Assembly: GCA_944363605.1 (NCBI GenBank)
Contig: CALVUM010000003.1
Span: 1 to 59,492, forward strand
DNA length: 59,492 nucleotides
Direction of reading: 5' to 3'
Origin: an uncultured Bacilli bacterium
GTDB taxonomy: Bacteria; Bacillota_I; Bacilli_A; RF39; UBA660
Shown: piece by piece, positions 49,290-59,258 of the stretch
Position numbering within the stretch: position 1 is the first letter of the stretch
Layout: every line of letters starts with the position of its first letter
Notes under the pieces: model-generated
What the model was told of the DNA's origin: nothing
Databases searched by the model: none
Seen by the model: the letters and a program-made list of their open reading frames with translations, nothing else
Program-made: the position numbers and the translations under genes

Positions 49290-50543
49290 ATGCAAAAAAT
49301 TGTCATTCAAGGAGAACATTCATTAAGTGGAACAATTACAATATCAGGTGCCAAAAATAGTGCAGTCGCCTTAATTCCAGCCGCCATTTTATGTGATGAA
49401 GAATCGACAATTTATAGTGTCCCAAACATCTCAGACCGTGATGCTTTAATAAAAATAATTGAAAAATTAAATGGGCAAGTAATCATTCATGAAGATAGTT
49501 TAAGTATTAATTCTCAAAATATCAAAAATGTCTTTATTCCTGAAGAATTATCATCAAAACTTAGAGCATCATACTATTTTATGGGAGCACTTCTTGGCAA
49601 GAACAAATATGTGGAAATCGCTTTACCTGGGGGATGCAAAATAGGAAACCGAAAAATTGACTTTCATTTAAAAGGCTTTAAAGCATTAGGCGCGACTATC
49701 ATCGAAGAAGATAATAAATATATTATCAAAGCAGATAAATTAATAGGAAATAAAATTTATTTTGATTTTGCCAGTGTAGGAGCTACAATAAATGTTATGT
49801 TAGCTGCGGTTAAAGCCGAAGGAACAACAATAATAAATAATGCTGCGAAGGAACCAGAAATAGTCAACGTCGCGACATTTCTAAACAACATGGGTGCAAA
49901 AATTCGTGGAGCTGGAACAAGTAAAATTACAATTGAAGGAGTTAAATATTTACACAAAGCTATGATTGAAGTAATTCCTGATCGAATTGAAGCAGGAACC
50001 TATATCATTATGGGCGCTTTATTAGGAAAAGACTTACGTATCAAAAATGTGATTAAGGAACATTTAACCTCACTATTAAGTAAATTACAAGAAATTGGGG
50101 TAAAAATAGAAGCGAGAGAAAACGATTTAATTATTAATAAAGGAGAAAATCTCTTGCCTTTAAATATTACAACCTTAATTTATCCCGGTTTTCCAACAGA
50201 TTTAGCTCAGCCTATGACCGTATTAATGACTCAATGTGAAGGAGTAAGCATTTTAGAAGAAACCATTTATACGAATCGAATGGGACAAATACCATACTTA
50301 AATTCAATGGGTGCGGATATTAAAGTAGAAAATCAAATTGCTCAAATTAAAGGAAAAACTCCACTTTTCGGAAATGATGTAGTAGCAAGTGATTTACGCG
50401 CGGGTGCTTCACTCATAATCGCGGGATTAATAGCTAAAGGAACAACCCAAATCAGTGATATTGAACATATTTTAAGAGGATACGAACACATAGTAGAAAA
50501 ATTAACAAATGTGGGTGCCAATATTCAAATTATTGAGGAATAA
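49290..50543 (+). CDS. murA: UDP-N-acetylglucosamine 1-carboxyvinyltransferase
   Basis: 417 aa; SGAKNSAVA, active-site PGGCKIGNR, FPTDLQ-like FPTDLAQ. Confidence 0.95.
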   Translation: MQKIVIQGEHSLSGTITISGAKNSAVALIPAAILCDEESTIYSVPNISDRDALIKIIEKLNGQVIIHEDSLSINSQNIKNVFIPEELSSKLRASYYFMGALLGKNKYVEIALPGGCKIGNRKIDFHLKGFKALGATIIEEDNKYIIKADKLIGNKIYFDFASVGATINVMLAAVKAEGTTIINNAAKEPEIVNVATFLNNMGAKIRGAGTSKITIEGVKYLHKAMIEVIPDRIEAGTYIIMGALLGKDLRIKNVIKEHLTSLLSKLQEIGVKIEARENDLIINKGENLLPLNITTLIYPGFPTDLAQPMTVLMTQCEGVSILEETIYTNRMGQIPYLNSMGADIKVENQIAQIKGKTPLFGNDVVASDLRAGASLIIAGLIAKGTTQISDIEHILRGYEHIVEKLTNVGANIQIIEE

Positions 50544-50545
50544 TC

Positions 50546-51019
50546 ATGGAATACATAGTAAAAATACATCGTGAGACTCTAAAGCAAATAATCGATTTTT
50601 CAAATCAAAATTCATTATTGGAATGTGGTGGGTATTTAATTGGCCAAAAAAGAAAAAATGAAAATCAAACGATTTTTATAATAACTGCAGCTTTTCTAGA
50701 TCAAAATCAAGGAACGCAAAATCGCTACCATTTTTTTGATTTTACTAGAAAATCGATAGAAGAATATTGTCAAAAGCATTTAAAAAATTCTAAAGTTATA
50801 GGAAATTTTCATTCACATGGAGAATATCCAGCAATTTTTTCTAGAGAAGATAAGATTATGGAGGAAAAATCTCCTGAAGAATTCTGCCATTTAATTTATA
50901 GTCCTAAATATCAAGAATTAAATGGAGAAGTTCATGTAATAGGAAATAAAACAGAAAAACCACGCATTACTTTTTTTGGCAAAAACATCGAAGTGAATCA
51001 TCATATATCCAGAAAATAA
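50546..51019 (+). CDS. stand-alone JAB/MPN (JAMM) metalloprotease-domain protein
   Basis: 157 aa; full JAMM signature: E26 (LECGGY), then H89-S-H91-x7-S99-x2-D102 (FHSHGEYPAIFSRED); starts 2 nt after the murA stop. Confidence 0.7.
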   Translation: MEYIVKIHRETLKQIIDFSNQNSLLECGGYLIGQKRKNENQTIFIITAAFLDQNQGTQNRYHFFDFTRKSIEEYCQKHLKNSKVIGNFHSHGEYPAIFSREDKIMEEKSPEEFCHLIYSPKYQELNGEVHVIGNKTEKPRITFFGKNIEVNHHISRK

Positions 51020-51031
51020 AAAACAAAAAGG

Positions 51032-51052
51032 ATACAGTTATAAACACTGTAT
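51032..51052. terminator. bidirectional terminator hairpin
   Basis: ATACAGT/ACTGTAT stem with an A-run upstream and a T-rich tract downstream, between convergent genes. Confidence 0.6.
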
Positions 51053-51056
51053 TCTT

Positions 51057-51482
51057 TTATATTTTATGAATCATATGTAAATTATTAAAAAAAGGAATCA
51101 CTTCATTTTTGAAAAACTCTTCATATGTTTCATAAGCTTCTCGCTTAGTTAAAATTAAAGAAATTAAAGAATCAATATAAATAAAACCTATATCTTTATA
51201 CCAACAAATCTCTTCTTGCAATTTTTCCTCTTCAACATATGGTGTCGATAAAACTATGGAATTTGCTCGTACAAAATATTCATAAAGTAAAGTTTTGGGG
51301 TTATGATAGCAATTAGGCAACTGCATTTCTAAAGCTTCCTTATATAAATTCTCAATACTATTAAAATGAGAAAAATATTTATCTACCAACGGATTTATAT
51401 AAGGATGAGAAAATTCATGAAATAAACAGATAGCAAACTGTTCTCTTCTAATAAAATAACGACCAACTTGATAATTTATCAA
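51057..51482 (-). CDS. HEXXH zinc-metallopeptidase-motif protein fragment (possibly the C-terminal part of a split gene)
   Basis: 141 aa beginning at a TTG; LFHEFSHPYINP contains HEXXH; overlaps the stop of the upstream ORF by 4 nt. Confidence 0.4.
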   Translation of the reverse strand: MINYQVGRYFIRREQFAICLFHEFSHPYINPLVDKYFSHFNSIENLYKEALEMQLPNCYHNPKTLLYEYFVRANSIVLSTPYVEEEKLQEEICWYKDIGFIYIDSLISLILTKREAYETYEEFFKNEVIPFFNNLHMIHKI

Positions 51483-52036
51483 CGAACATAAAAAAGCTCA
51501 CTTTCTTTAGAAAAGCCAAACCCTCCAATTAATAAACTAGAAAAAACGATATAATATGTAAAATTGGAAATATTATAAAAGTTTTCTAAAGTAGAAATAT
51601 CAATTTGAAACGAATTTTCTTCTAAAATAGATTTGCAAATCGAATGAAAAGTTGAACGATAGCTTTCAAAAAAAGCCTCTAGATTTTCATTTACATAAAG
51701 AGTATGCACCAAATTTCCAAAATCTTTCTCGCTTTTCCCAGCAAAAGCTTCTGTAATAGGAACATCCCTATCTAGATTCATATCATTATCAAAATAAAGA
51801 AAAAGTTTAGAATAAACATCACAGTCTGTAATATAATCTAAAAAATCTAGAATTTCTGGATATTTCTCAATATGAAGTTTTTGGATAAACTTTTTAGCAT
51901 ATTCACTATTCGGATCTTTAATCCAATAAAAAAATTCTTTCTTTTCCGGATTTAATTTAATATAAGCTAAACAAAGTCCAGATAAAATTTCGAACCGCTT
52001 ATCTATTTGCCAAATAAAATTTTGCATCAGAACCAC
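51479..52036 (-). CDS. hypothetical protein (possibly the N-terminal part of the same HEXXH protein)
   Basis: 185 aa, no recognised motif; ends in a +1 overlap with ORF 51057-51482. Confidence 0.3.
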   Translation of the reverse strand: MVLMQNFIWQIDKRFEILSGLCLAYIKLNPEKKEFFYWIKDPNSEYAKKFIQKLHIEKYPEILDFLDYITDCDVYSKLFLYFDNDMNLDRDVPITEAFAGKSEKDFGNLVHTLYVNENLEAFFESYRSTFHSICKSILEENSFQIDISTLENFYNISNFTYYIVFSSLLIGGFGFSKESELFYVR

Positions 52037-52134
52037 CTAAAACCATTATATCAAAATATACATAAAAAAAATCTTTTTTCAAAGAAAAGTACTTTGTTAT
52101 CGTTTTTTTCATAAAATTTTACTAGGAGTCGATT

Positions 52135-52806
52135 ATGAAAAAAATAATAATTTTAACAATTCTAATAGGTACAGCTTTAACGTTTCTAATTTATAAAAAT
52201 TTTTATCATGAAGATATGAACATTGTCGCTTTAGGTGATGGAATAGCCTTAGGAGAGACAGCGTATGATGTACAAGGATATAGCTATAACGATTATTTAA
52301 GAGATTATTATGAGGAAAATAGCATAGTAAAAGAATACATAATAGAATTTGCAGATATTGAAGAAACAACCAAAACCCTTCTCTTAAAATTACAAAATAA
52401 TTATACATTAGAAAGCACGAACACATCAATTACTCAAGCCATATCCAAAGCGAAAATTTTAACAATTTCTCTTGGCATGTATGAATTAAACAGCAAAAGT
52501 GAGTTATCCACAAAAGTAATTGAAGAATACTTAACAAATATGGAAAAAATTGCAAAAATGATTTATATCTATAACAAAAAAAGTCTTTTCTTAATAGGTA
52601 TCTATCCAACTGAAAAAATATCCAAAGAACAAGCATCTTATATAAATGAAAGATTAAAAACAATATCCAAAACTTATCATTTTACTTTTATTGATATTGA
52701 AGAAATTTCAAATAATCAAAATTACTTTTTTAGAACAAAGAACTACTACATAAATTATAAGGCTCATCGCTTAATAAGTGAAAAAATAATAGATAGCATC
52801 TCCTAA
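52135..52806 (+). CDS. membrane-anchored SGNH/GDSL-like fold protein with Gly in place of the nucleophile Ser
   Basis: 223 aa; N-terminal TM segment, then IVALGDGIALGE where GDSL hydrolases carry GDS. Confidence 0.3.
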   Translation: MKKIIILTILIGTALTFLIYKNFYHEDMNIVALGDGIALGETAYDVQGYSYNDYLRDYYEENSIVKEYIIEFADIEETTKTLLLKLQNNYTLESTNTSITQAISKAKILTISLGMYELNSKSELSTKVIEEYLTNMEKIAKMIYIYNKKSLFLIGIYPTEKISKEQASYINERLKTISKTYHFTFIDIEEISNNQNYFFRTKNYYINYKAHRLISEKIIDSIS

Positions 52807-52926
52807 AAAACTTAATAAAACGGCTTATCTTAATTTTTTCTTGCCTCTTAAAAAATATATGATATAATACTAAAGAAAGAAATTTCTATGTCAAAAAATT
52901 GACATGGCGAAAGGAGATTAGTTGTT

Positions 52927-53139
52927 ATGAAAGCAAATATTCATCCAGAAATGAAAGAAGTAACTGTTACTTGTGCTTGTGGAGCATCTTTTAAAACAAT
53001 GTCTACAAAAGATCATATTGAAGTGGAAGTATGCTCAGAATGTCATCCTTTTTATACAGGAAAACAAGGAAAAGCAACCAAAGCTGGTAAAATTGAAAAA
53101 TTTAATCGTAAATATAACATAAAAGAAGAAGAAAAATAA
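52927..53139 (+). CDS. rpmE: 50S ribosomal protein L31 (zinc-binding type A)
   Basis: 70 aa; MKANIHPE..., CxC...[12 protein letters not shown]. Confidence 0.95.
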   Translation: MKANIHPEMKEVTVTCACGASFKTMSTKDHIEVEVCSECHPFYTGKQGKATKAGKIEKFNRKYNIKEEEK

Positions 53140-53200
53140 AGAGTTCTTCTTTTTTTTGTATCTAAAAAATTATATAATAAAATATAAGGAGCGTGACAAA

Positions 53201-53653
53201 ATGAAATTATTCATGGGAGCAGATCATCGAGGAAAAGAACTTGAAAATTACCTTTATCAAAGTCTAAAAGAAGCAGGTATCGATGTCGAAATGTCCATCA
53301 TAAAAAATAATGAAGAAGATGATTATCCAGATTTTGCTTTTGATGTATGCAAGAATGTTTTAAAAGAAGAAGGAAACCTAGGTATTCTAATATGTGGAAA
53401 TGGAATAGGAATTTCAATCGCGGCAAATAAAGTAAAAGGCATTCGTTGTGCAAGAGTAGTTAGTGAAGAAGATGCTCATCACGCGAAAAATCATAATGGA
53501 GCAAACGTTATAGCTTTTGGTGGAATAAGTAAAGAAGATGCCTTAAATATTATCAAGACTTTTTTAAACACCAAGAACGCTAATGAAGAAAGACATATTA
53601 GAAGAATCAAAAAAATAATAGATTATGAAAATGGAGCATATAATGAATTATAA
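53201..53653 (+). CDS. rpiB: ribose-5-phosphate isomerase B
   Basis: MKLFMGADHRG, ILICGNGIGISIAANK, RCA; start at the ATG at 53201 after AAGGAG. Confidence 0.9.
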   Translation: MKLFMGADHRGKELENYLYQSLKEAGIDVEMSIIKNNEEDDYPDFAFDVCKNVLKEEGNLGILICGNGIGISIAANKVKGIRCARVVSEEDAHHAKNHNGANVIAFGGISKEDALNIIKTFLNTKNANEERHIRRIKKIIDYENGAYNEL

Positions 53654-53822
53654 AATCTATTTATATATCTTTTTTTCCATGTTATCTGCTTTTGCTCTTT
53701 CTGGGATAAATTTTGAAAAAATCATTCGCAAAAATCGTATTTGGGAAACAAGAATATTAGTTTTATTACTAAGTTTAGTGATGGGGTATCTTGTAACAAA
53801 TTTTGTTTTAGAATTTTTATAA
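53625..53822 (+). CDS. small two-TM membrane protein (DUF1146/YwzB-like)
   Basis: 65 aa, hydrophobic, located upstream of spoIID as ywzB is in Bacillus. Confidence 0.4.
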   Translation: MKMEHIMNYKIYLYIFFSMLSAFALSGINFEKIIRKNRIWETRILVLLLSLVMGYLVTNFVLEFL

Positions 53823-53832
53823 GGAGCCGATT

Positions 53833-54753
53833 ATGAAAAATAAAATTTTGTTAGCCGTAGTATGTATACTGACGGCTATTTTGATTATTGTCAATTCATC
53901 AATAAAAAAAGTAACAGAGCCAATCCCACCTATAGAAGGAAAAGAGCCAATAATAATTCGTTTATTAGATGAAACAACGGGCGAGATAACAAATATAAAT
54001 TTAGAAGACTATATAATTGGTGTAGTTGCAGCAGAGATGCCAGCAAGCTTTGAAATAGAAGCCTTAAAAGCGCAAGCAATCGCGGCTCGTACATTTGCTA
54101 TGTATAAAAAAGAGACAAGAAATTTAGATTACGATTTAATAAAAGGTGTAAAAGATCAAGCGTATAAAGATAATAAAACACTTTTAACCCAATGGAATAT
54201 TAATTTCTTTACAAATTATTTAAAAATTCGTCAAGCTGTAGAAGAAACACAAGGCCAAGTTCTCACATATAACGGTGAAATTATCAATGCTTTCTATTTC
54301 TCAATGAGCAATGGTTATACAGAGAACTGTGAACTAGTATTTGCTCAAGATCTACCCTATTTAAATAGTGTTTCATCCAAGTGGGATAATGAAAGTTTGA
54401 ATAACTATAGTTACACAACAACCTTTTCCAAACAAGACTTTTGTGAGTCTCTAGAAATAACTTGTGATACAATTGAAATTCAAAATATCACAAGAAGCGA
54501 TTCAAATCGAATTTTAACTATCACAATTAATAATCAAGATTTTAAAGGAACTGTAATTCGTTCAAAACTAGGTTTACGTTCAACAGATTTTGATATTACA
54601 ATTAATGAAAAAGATATATCAATTACAACACGAGGGTATGGACATGGAGTTGGCATGAGTCAGTATGGCGCGAATGGTATGGCTAAAGAAGGGTACGCTT
54701 ATGAAGAAATCGTAAAATATTATTACCAAAATACAGAAATTACAAATTTATAG
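53833..54753 (+). CDS. spoIID: stage II sporulation protein D (lytic transglycosylase)
   Basis: 306 aa; VVAAEMP..F..EALKAQAIAARTF, FYFSMSNGYTE, GYGHGVGMSQYGA motifs. Confidence 0.92.
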   Translation: MKNKILLAVVCILTAILIIVNSSIKKVTEPIPPIEGKEPIIIRLLDETTGEITNINLEDYIIGVVAAEMPASFEIEALKAQAIAARTFAMYKKETRNLDYDLIKGVKDQAYKDNKTLLTQWNINFFTNYLKIRQAVEETQGQVLTYNGEIINAFYFSMSNGYTENCELVFAQDLPYLNSVSSKWDNESLNNYSYTTTFSKQDFCESLEITCDTIEIQNITRSDSNRILTITINNQDFKGTVIRSKLGLRSTDFDITINEKDISITTRGYGHGVGMSQYGANGMAKEGYAYEEIVKYYYQNTEITNL

Positions 54754-54803
54754 GTATAAAAAAATAAGTTCCACCCAAAATAAAATCGAGGAGGAACAAA
54801 GGA

Positions 54804-55457
54804 ATGAAAAAAAGAAAATTAAAAGGTTATGTATTACCAACAATTTATTTTGTTATTCTAGGAATAATGGTCGTAAGTATTACTTTCTTAAGTCAAAGCC
54901 TATTAGAAAAGCAACAACAGAATGATGAGGATTACAAATATAGTACAAGTGTGTTTGAAGAAAGTGAGAATGATCCAACAAATTCTGAAGGAAATACAAC
55001 AAATGAAATAAAAATTGTAAGACCTTATACGAGTGACAAAGTAACGGTAACTAAAGAGTTCTATAATAAAGATGAAAGTGTTGAAAATCAAGAAAAAGCA
55101 TTGATTTTTTATGAGAATACTTACATGCCAAATACTGGAATTCTTTATGGAAGTGACGAAAAATTTGATGTAATAGCGATTCTTAACGGAACAGTAAAAG
55201 AAATCAAAGAAGATGAAATTTTAGGACAGATGATTACTATCGAATGTGATAATAAAATTACAGCAGTTTATTATACATTAGGAGAAATAAAAGTGAGTGA
55301 AGGACAGCAAATAACTCAAAATCAAGTTATTGCAACTTCAGGAACAAGTAACATCGATTCTTCAAAAGCTGAATCTTTATTATTTGAAATTTATATTGAT
55401 GGTGTTTTAACAAATCCTAATAATTTATTTGATAAAAACATTTCCGAAATAAATTAA
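54804..55457 (+). CDS. degenerate LytM/M23-domain sporulation protein (SpoIIQ-like)
   Basis: 217 aa; N-terminal TM segment; C-terminal M23-like ...TAVYYTLGEIKVSEGQQITQNQVIATSG... lacking the usual His ligands; follows spoIID as spoIIQ does in clostridia. Confidence 0.55.
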   Translation: MKKRKLKGYVLPTIYFVILGIMVVSITFLSQSLLEKQQQNDEDYKYSTSVFEESENDPTNSEGNTTNEIKIVRPYTSDKVTVTKEFYNKDESVENQEKALIFYENTYMPNTGILYGSDEKFDVIAILNGTVKEIKEDEILGQMITIECDNKITAVYYTLGEIKVSEGQQITQNQVIATSGTSNIDSSKAESLLFEIYIDGVLTNPNNLFDKNISEIN

Positions 55458-55480
55458 TCCCTACTGGGATTTTTTTCAAA

Positions 55481-56053
55481 ATGATTACCATTTATTTATA
55501 CGAAAACACTATTCAATATAAAGAAAATGAACAAATTAAAAAAACTGTTTTTCCTAAAGAATCAATGGCTTATGGAAAAATAAAAAATATTAACCTATTT
55601 GAACAAACATTATATAAATTTATTAATAAAGAAAAATGGATAACATTTTTAAAAACTAAAAAAATTCAGTTAATAATTCCTGGGGATTATGAGAATGTTG
55701 ATAAAGAAATTCTATTAACGATTTTAAATAATCTTGGATTAACACATATTACATGTTATGATGAAAAAAATCTTTATCCGATCAATAAAAATCAAATTTA
55801 TATAAATGTTCATAATAATTATTTATTATTAACCAAAAAAAAATCTAAAAAAAACATAACTATAAATTATCCATTTTATATTTTTAATGGGTTTAAAAAC
55901 ACTTTAAATTATATACTTAAAAAGTATAAGAATAATTATTTTTATCTATATGGAAGTAATGAACAAATTCCAACATTTGTAATAAAACTTCAAAATAAAA
56001 AAGTATATTATTATCAAAATTACAAAAATTATATAATTTCTAAAATACCTTGA
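55481..56053 (+). CDS. hypothetical protein, Asn/Lys/Tyr/Ile-rich
   Basis: 190-aa ORF with no recognisable motif. Confidence 0.3.
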   Translation: MITIYLYENTIQYKENEQIKKTVFPKESMAYGKIKNINLFEQTLYKFINKEKWITFLKTKKIQLIIPGDYENVDKEILLTILNNLGLTHITCYDEKNLYPINKNQIYINVHNNYLLLTKKKSKKNITINYPFYIFNGFKNTLNYILKKYKNNYFYLYGSNEQIPTFVIKLQNKKVYYYQNYKNYIISKIP

Positions 56054-56128
56054 TTTAGGTATTTCTTTTTTAAGCAAAAATATGGTATAATTGCTTACAG
56101 TAAACAGCAAAAGAAAAGAGTGTTTGAA

Positions 56129-56830
56129 ATGATAAAATTTATAGTGGTAGAAGACAACAAAACAATTCAAGAAAAGATTAAAAAATTATTAGTAAAAATA
56201 AGTATTAGCCTTAATCAAGATTATGAAGCTAAATATTTTGAAAAATATAATAAAGAGCTTCAACAAGAAATTAATGACCAGACACAAAGAAAAGTGTATA
56301 TTATGGATATTGAATTAGAAAACAGCATTAGTGGTATTGAAGTGGCTCAAAAAATAAGAGAAAATGATTGGGATAGCGAAATCATTTTTGTGACTAGTCA
56401 TGATAAAATGTTTGAAACTGTTCATAGAAATATACTTGAAGTATTTGATTTTATTGAAAAATTTCTAGATATGGATAAAAGATTAGAAGAAGATATTTTA
56501 AAAATAATAAATAAAAAATACGATAAGAAAATTCTAAAAATTAATGGAAATAATGTTGAATTAGAATTACATATGAAAAACATTTTATATATAGAAAAAG
56601 AAGATAAAAAGTGTATAATTCATGCATGCGATAATGAGTTTAAAACAAGTTTAACATTAGAAAAATTATTGGAACTACTAGATGAACGTTTTGTTAGAAC
56701 TCATAAAAGTTGTATTGCTAATAAAGATAGAATGGTAGAAAGAAACTATTCAAAAGGTTATTTCATATTAGATACAGGCGAAAAAGTAGAATTACTTTCA
56801 AAAAAATATAAGAAAGAGATTGAAAAATGA
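56129..56830 (+). CDS. LytTR-family response regulator (AgrA-like)
   Basis: Receiver domain (IVVEDN...MDIEL) plus C-terminal LytTR domain (...IHACDNEF......FVRTHKSCIAN); likely start at the ATG at 56129. Confidence 0.85.
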   Translation: MIKFIVVEDNKTIQEKIKKLLVKISISLNQDYEAKYFEKYNKELQQEINDQTQRKVYIMDIELENSISGIEVAQKIRENDWDSEIIFVTSHDKMFETVHRNILEVFDFIEKFLDMDKRLEEDILKIINKKYDKKILKINGNNVELELHMKNILYIEKEDKKCIIHACDNEFKTSLTLEKLLELLDERFVRTHKSCIANKDRMVERNYSKGYFILDTGEKVELLSKKYKKEIEK

Positions 56831-58080
56831 TACTTGAAATTATAATCTTAACTCTTCTTCAAATATCAATGATTGTTGCTGTTGAAGCATTTTCAGATCA
56901 AAAAATAAAAAACATAAAGTTATTGATTATAAGCATAATAATTTATGATTTGCTATATTATTATCTGCTTAAATATATTCCGGCAGAATTAAATACTATA
57001 GTTTCAATTTTATATACAACAATTCTTATTAAAATTCTACTTAAATTAAACAATAAAAATTTATTATTCTATATGATTATTATATGGATTTTAGGTATTA
57101 TGGTAGATATAGGAACAATGCTAGCTATGAATTTTACAAATGTGACTTCTAGGATAACAGATTTAAATAAAGATTTTTTTAAATCAATAAGTACAATAAT
57201 TATGATTACTTTTTATTTCGTATGTGCGCACAGTAAATACATAAAATCTAAAATATTAAAATTAAAAAGGTTTACTCAAAAAATAAACATTTCTTACTAT
57301 GTTTTTATAGCCTTATTAATCATATATTTTACTCTGGGCGCAGTGTGTTTAAATGAAATGAATAATATAGAAAGCATAATTTTTATTTTGTTTATAGCCA
57401 TAACCTGTTTTATTATCTTCATAATATTTATAGTACAGCAATTTCAAATAATTTCACTTAAGGAAAGTGTACATTTATTAGATAAAAATAGTGAATTCTA
57501 CATTAAATTGATAGATGAATATCGCATTTTAAAACATAATTTAATTGGAAATTTAAATGGTGTAAAAACAGTTGGAAATAAGAAAACAAAAATTTTAATT
57601 GATGATTTAATTAAAGAATATAGCTCTATTTTAAAATTGCCTAAAAATTTTAAGGAAATTCCAACAGGAATTAGTGGATTAATTTATGAAAAAATTTATT
57701 CAACAAATAATAAAGAACTAAAGATAAAAATTGAAAATAAATTAAAACATAATATCATAGAAGTGCTTACTGCAAGAAAATATAATCTTATTTGTGAAGC
57801 ATTAAGTGTGACATTAGATAATGCGTTAGAAGCAACAATAAAAAGCAAAGAAAAAATAATATATTTAGAATTTATAGAAGATGAAGAAAATATATATTTT
57901 AAAATAATTAACACATTTACTGGAAATATCGACATAGACAAATTAGGTACAAAAAATTATACATCAAAGAAATATGGTCATGGTTTAGGATTATTTTCTA
58001 TTTTAATAAAAAAGGATATTACTTTGGCAACTTCTATAAAAGATAATAAATTTATAAATGTAGTTACAGTACAAAAATGA
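56827..58080 (+). CDS. AgrC-like membrane histidine kinase (GHKL, HPK10 type)
   Basis: 417 aa; about six N-terminal TM segments, H-box-like RILKHNLIGNL, N-box LDNALEA, G-box GHGLGL; ATGA overlap with the regulator stop. Confidence 0.85.
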   Translation: MILEIIILTLLQISMIVAVEAFSDQKIKNIKLLIISIIIYDLLYYYLLKYIPAELNTIVSILYTTILIKILLKLNNKNLLFYMIIIWILGIMVDIGTMLAMNFTNVTSRITDLNKDFFKSISTIIMITFYFVCAHSKYIKSKILKLKRFTQKINISYYVFIALLIIYFTLGAVCLNEMNNIESIIFILFIAITCFIIFIIFIVQQFQIISLKESVHLLDKNSEFYIKLIDEYRILKHNLIGNLNGVKTVGNKKTKILIDDLIKEYSSILKLPKNFKEIPTGISGLIYEKIYSTNNKELKIKIENKLKHNIIEVLTARKYNLICEALSVTLDNALEATIKSKEKIIYLEFIEDEENIYFKIINTFTGNIDIDKLGTKNYTSKKYGHGLGLFSILIKKDITLATSIKDNKFINVVTVQK

Positions 58081-58133
58081 TAAAATCTTAGAATATTAAA
58101 TAAAGTTTTATTTCTAAAAAATAGTCATAAAAA

Positions 58134-58163
58134 AACTCTCAAATTATTAAAATGAGAGTTTTT
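58134..58163. terminator. bidirectional rho-independent terminator
   Basis: AACTCTCA/TGAGAGTT stem flanked by an A-run and a T-run, between the kinase (+) and the agrD-like peptide gene (-). Confidence 0.75.
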
Positions 58164-58164
58164 C

Positions 58165-58278
58165 TTATAATAAATCTTTATCTGCTATAGGTTCATCCCA
58201 AAAGAACATTAAGCAAGCAGATGAAATTGATCTTGAAAAAAGATTTGCAATTCCAGATAACATATCTACGAAAAACAT
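58165..58278 (-). CDS. agrD: AgrD-like autoinducing peptide precursor (37 aa; not in the ORF track)
   Basis: Hand translation gives MFFVDMLSGIANLFSRSISSACLMFFWDEPIADKDLL. It has an amphipathic N-leader, Cys22 plus four residues (CLMFF), then an acidic DEP tail. AGGAAG RBS upstream; lies directly downstream of agrB. Confidence 0.75.
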   Translation of the reverse strand: MFFVDMLSGIANLFSRSISSACLMFFWDEPIADKDLL

Positions 58279-58322
58279 AGTACACTTCCTTTCTAGTAAT
58301 TTGTTTAAATTTATATAAAAGT

Positions 58323-58961
58323 TTAAACCATAGTTTTTTGAAAATTTTTATAATTATTAAATGTAGTACCAGTTATTTTATAAGTCAAAGGATTTATAGA
58401 AATACTTTCCATTAATAATGCATATATTATTGTATTGTTCAAAAGAACGTGAAAATCATAAATATACAAAACTAAATAAACTAATAAAAGAAATATGGAT
58501 AAAACTTTTGCTCTAACCCTTTTTTCTTTATGAATCAACGGTCTTGCAGGGGTATCTGCTGGAGCAAAAAGTAAAAATGAAAGAAAACCAAATATCCAAA
58601 TAATTACAGCAACTGAATTAGGTATTACAAGATATTTAATTAATAAACAACCACCTAAATATACAGGTAAAGTTGTTATCCAACATTGTAAACTTGTTTT
58701 AGCATGAAGTCCAAAACCGTAGAGTCGCATCGTAGAATATACAAAAGATAATAATAATAGTTCCAAAAACAAATTAAATAAAAGAGCTAGTATAAATAAT
58801 ACAATTGTTTTTGTTATGAAATTATAAAATGCTTCTAATCCATAACGCATCTTTTTTTCTTCTATAGTGCTAAGTTTTCTCTTTGATTTAATTAATTGTA
58901 TTGATTTTTCTATAAATCTTTTTTTCACACTACCACTACCCAACAGAAACAAGGATATCAT
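58323..58961 (-). CDS. agrB: AgrB-family propeptide-processing membrane protease
   Basis: 212 aa polytopic protein; RLYGFGLHAKTSLQCW contains the conserved AgrB His and Cys. Confidence 0.85.
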   Translation of the reverse strand: MISLFLLGSGSVKKRFIEKSIQLIKSKRKLSTIEEKKMRYGLEAFYNFITKTIVLFILALLFNLFLELLLLSFVYSTMRLYGFGLHAKTSLQCWITTLPVYLGGCLLIKYLVIPNSVAVIIWIFGFLSFLLFAPADTPARPLIHKEKRVRAKVLSIFLLLVYLVLYIYDFHVLLNNTIIYALLMESISINPLTYKITGTTFNNYKNFQKTMV

Positions 58962-59258
58962 AAAATGAAGAAAAAGATACGGTTTAAGATATTAAACGTT
59001 TAGTAATAAAAGTAAGATATAAAATTTACTACATTACCCTTCAAAAAAGTCATCTTACTGCCAAAAATGAGCATTTTGAGAAAAACTATAGATAGTTTAA
59101 AATGAAAAGCGTATAATCAACTTTATCGTGGTTTATGTGTTAAATTAAACAATTGGCCAATGCTGCAGAATTTGTCGATCAATTTTAATTGTAGTTTATA
59201 CATAGTCATGATAAAGTAGTACCAGAAGTAAAAAGTAATAGGAAGGGAGTGAACTTTG

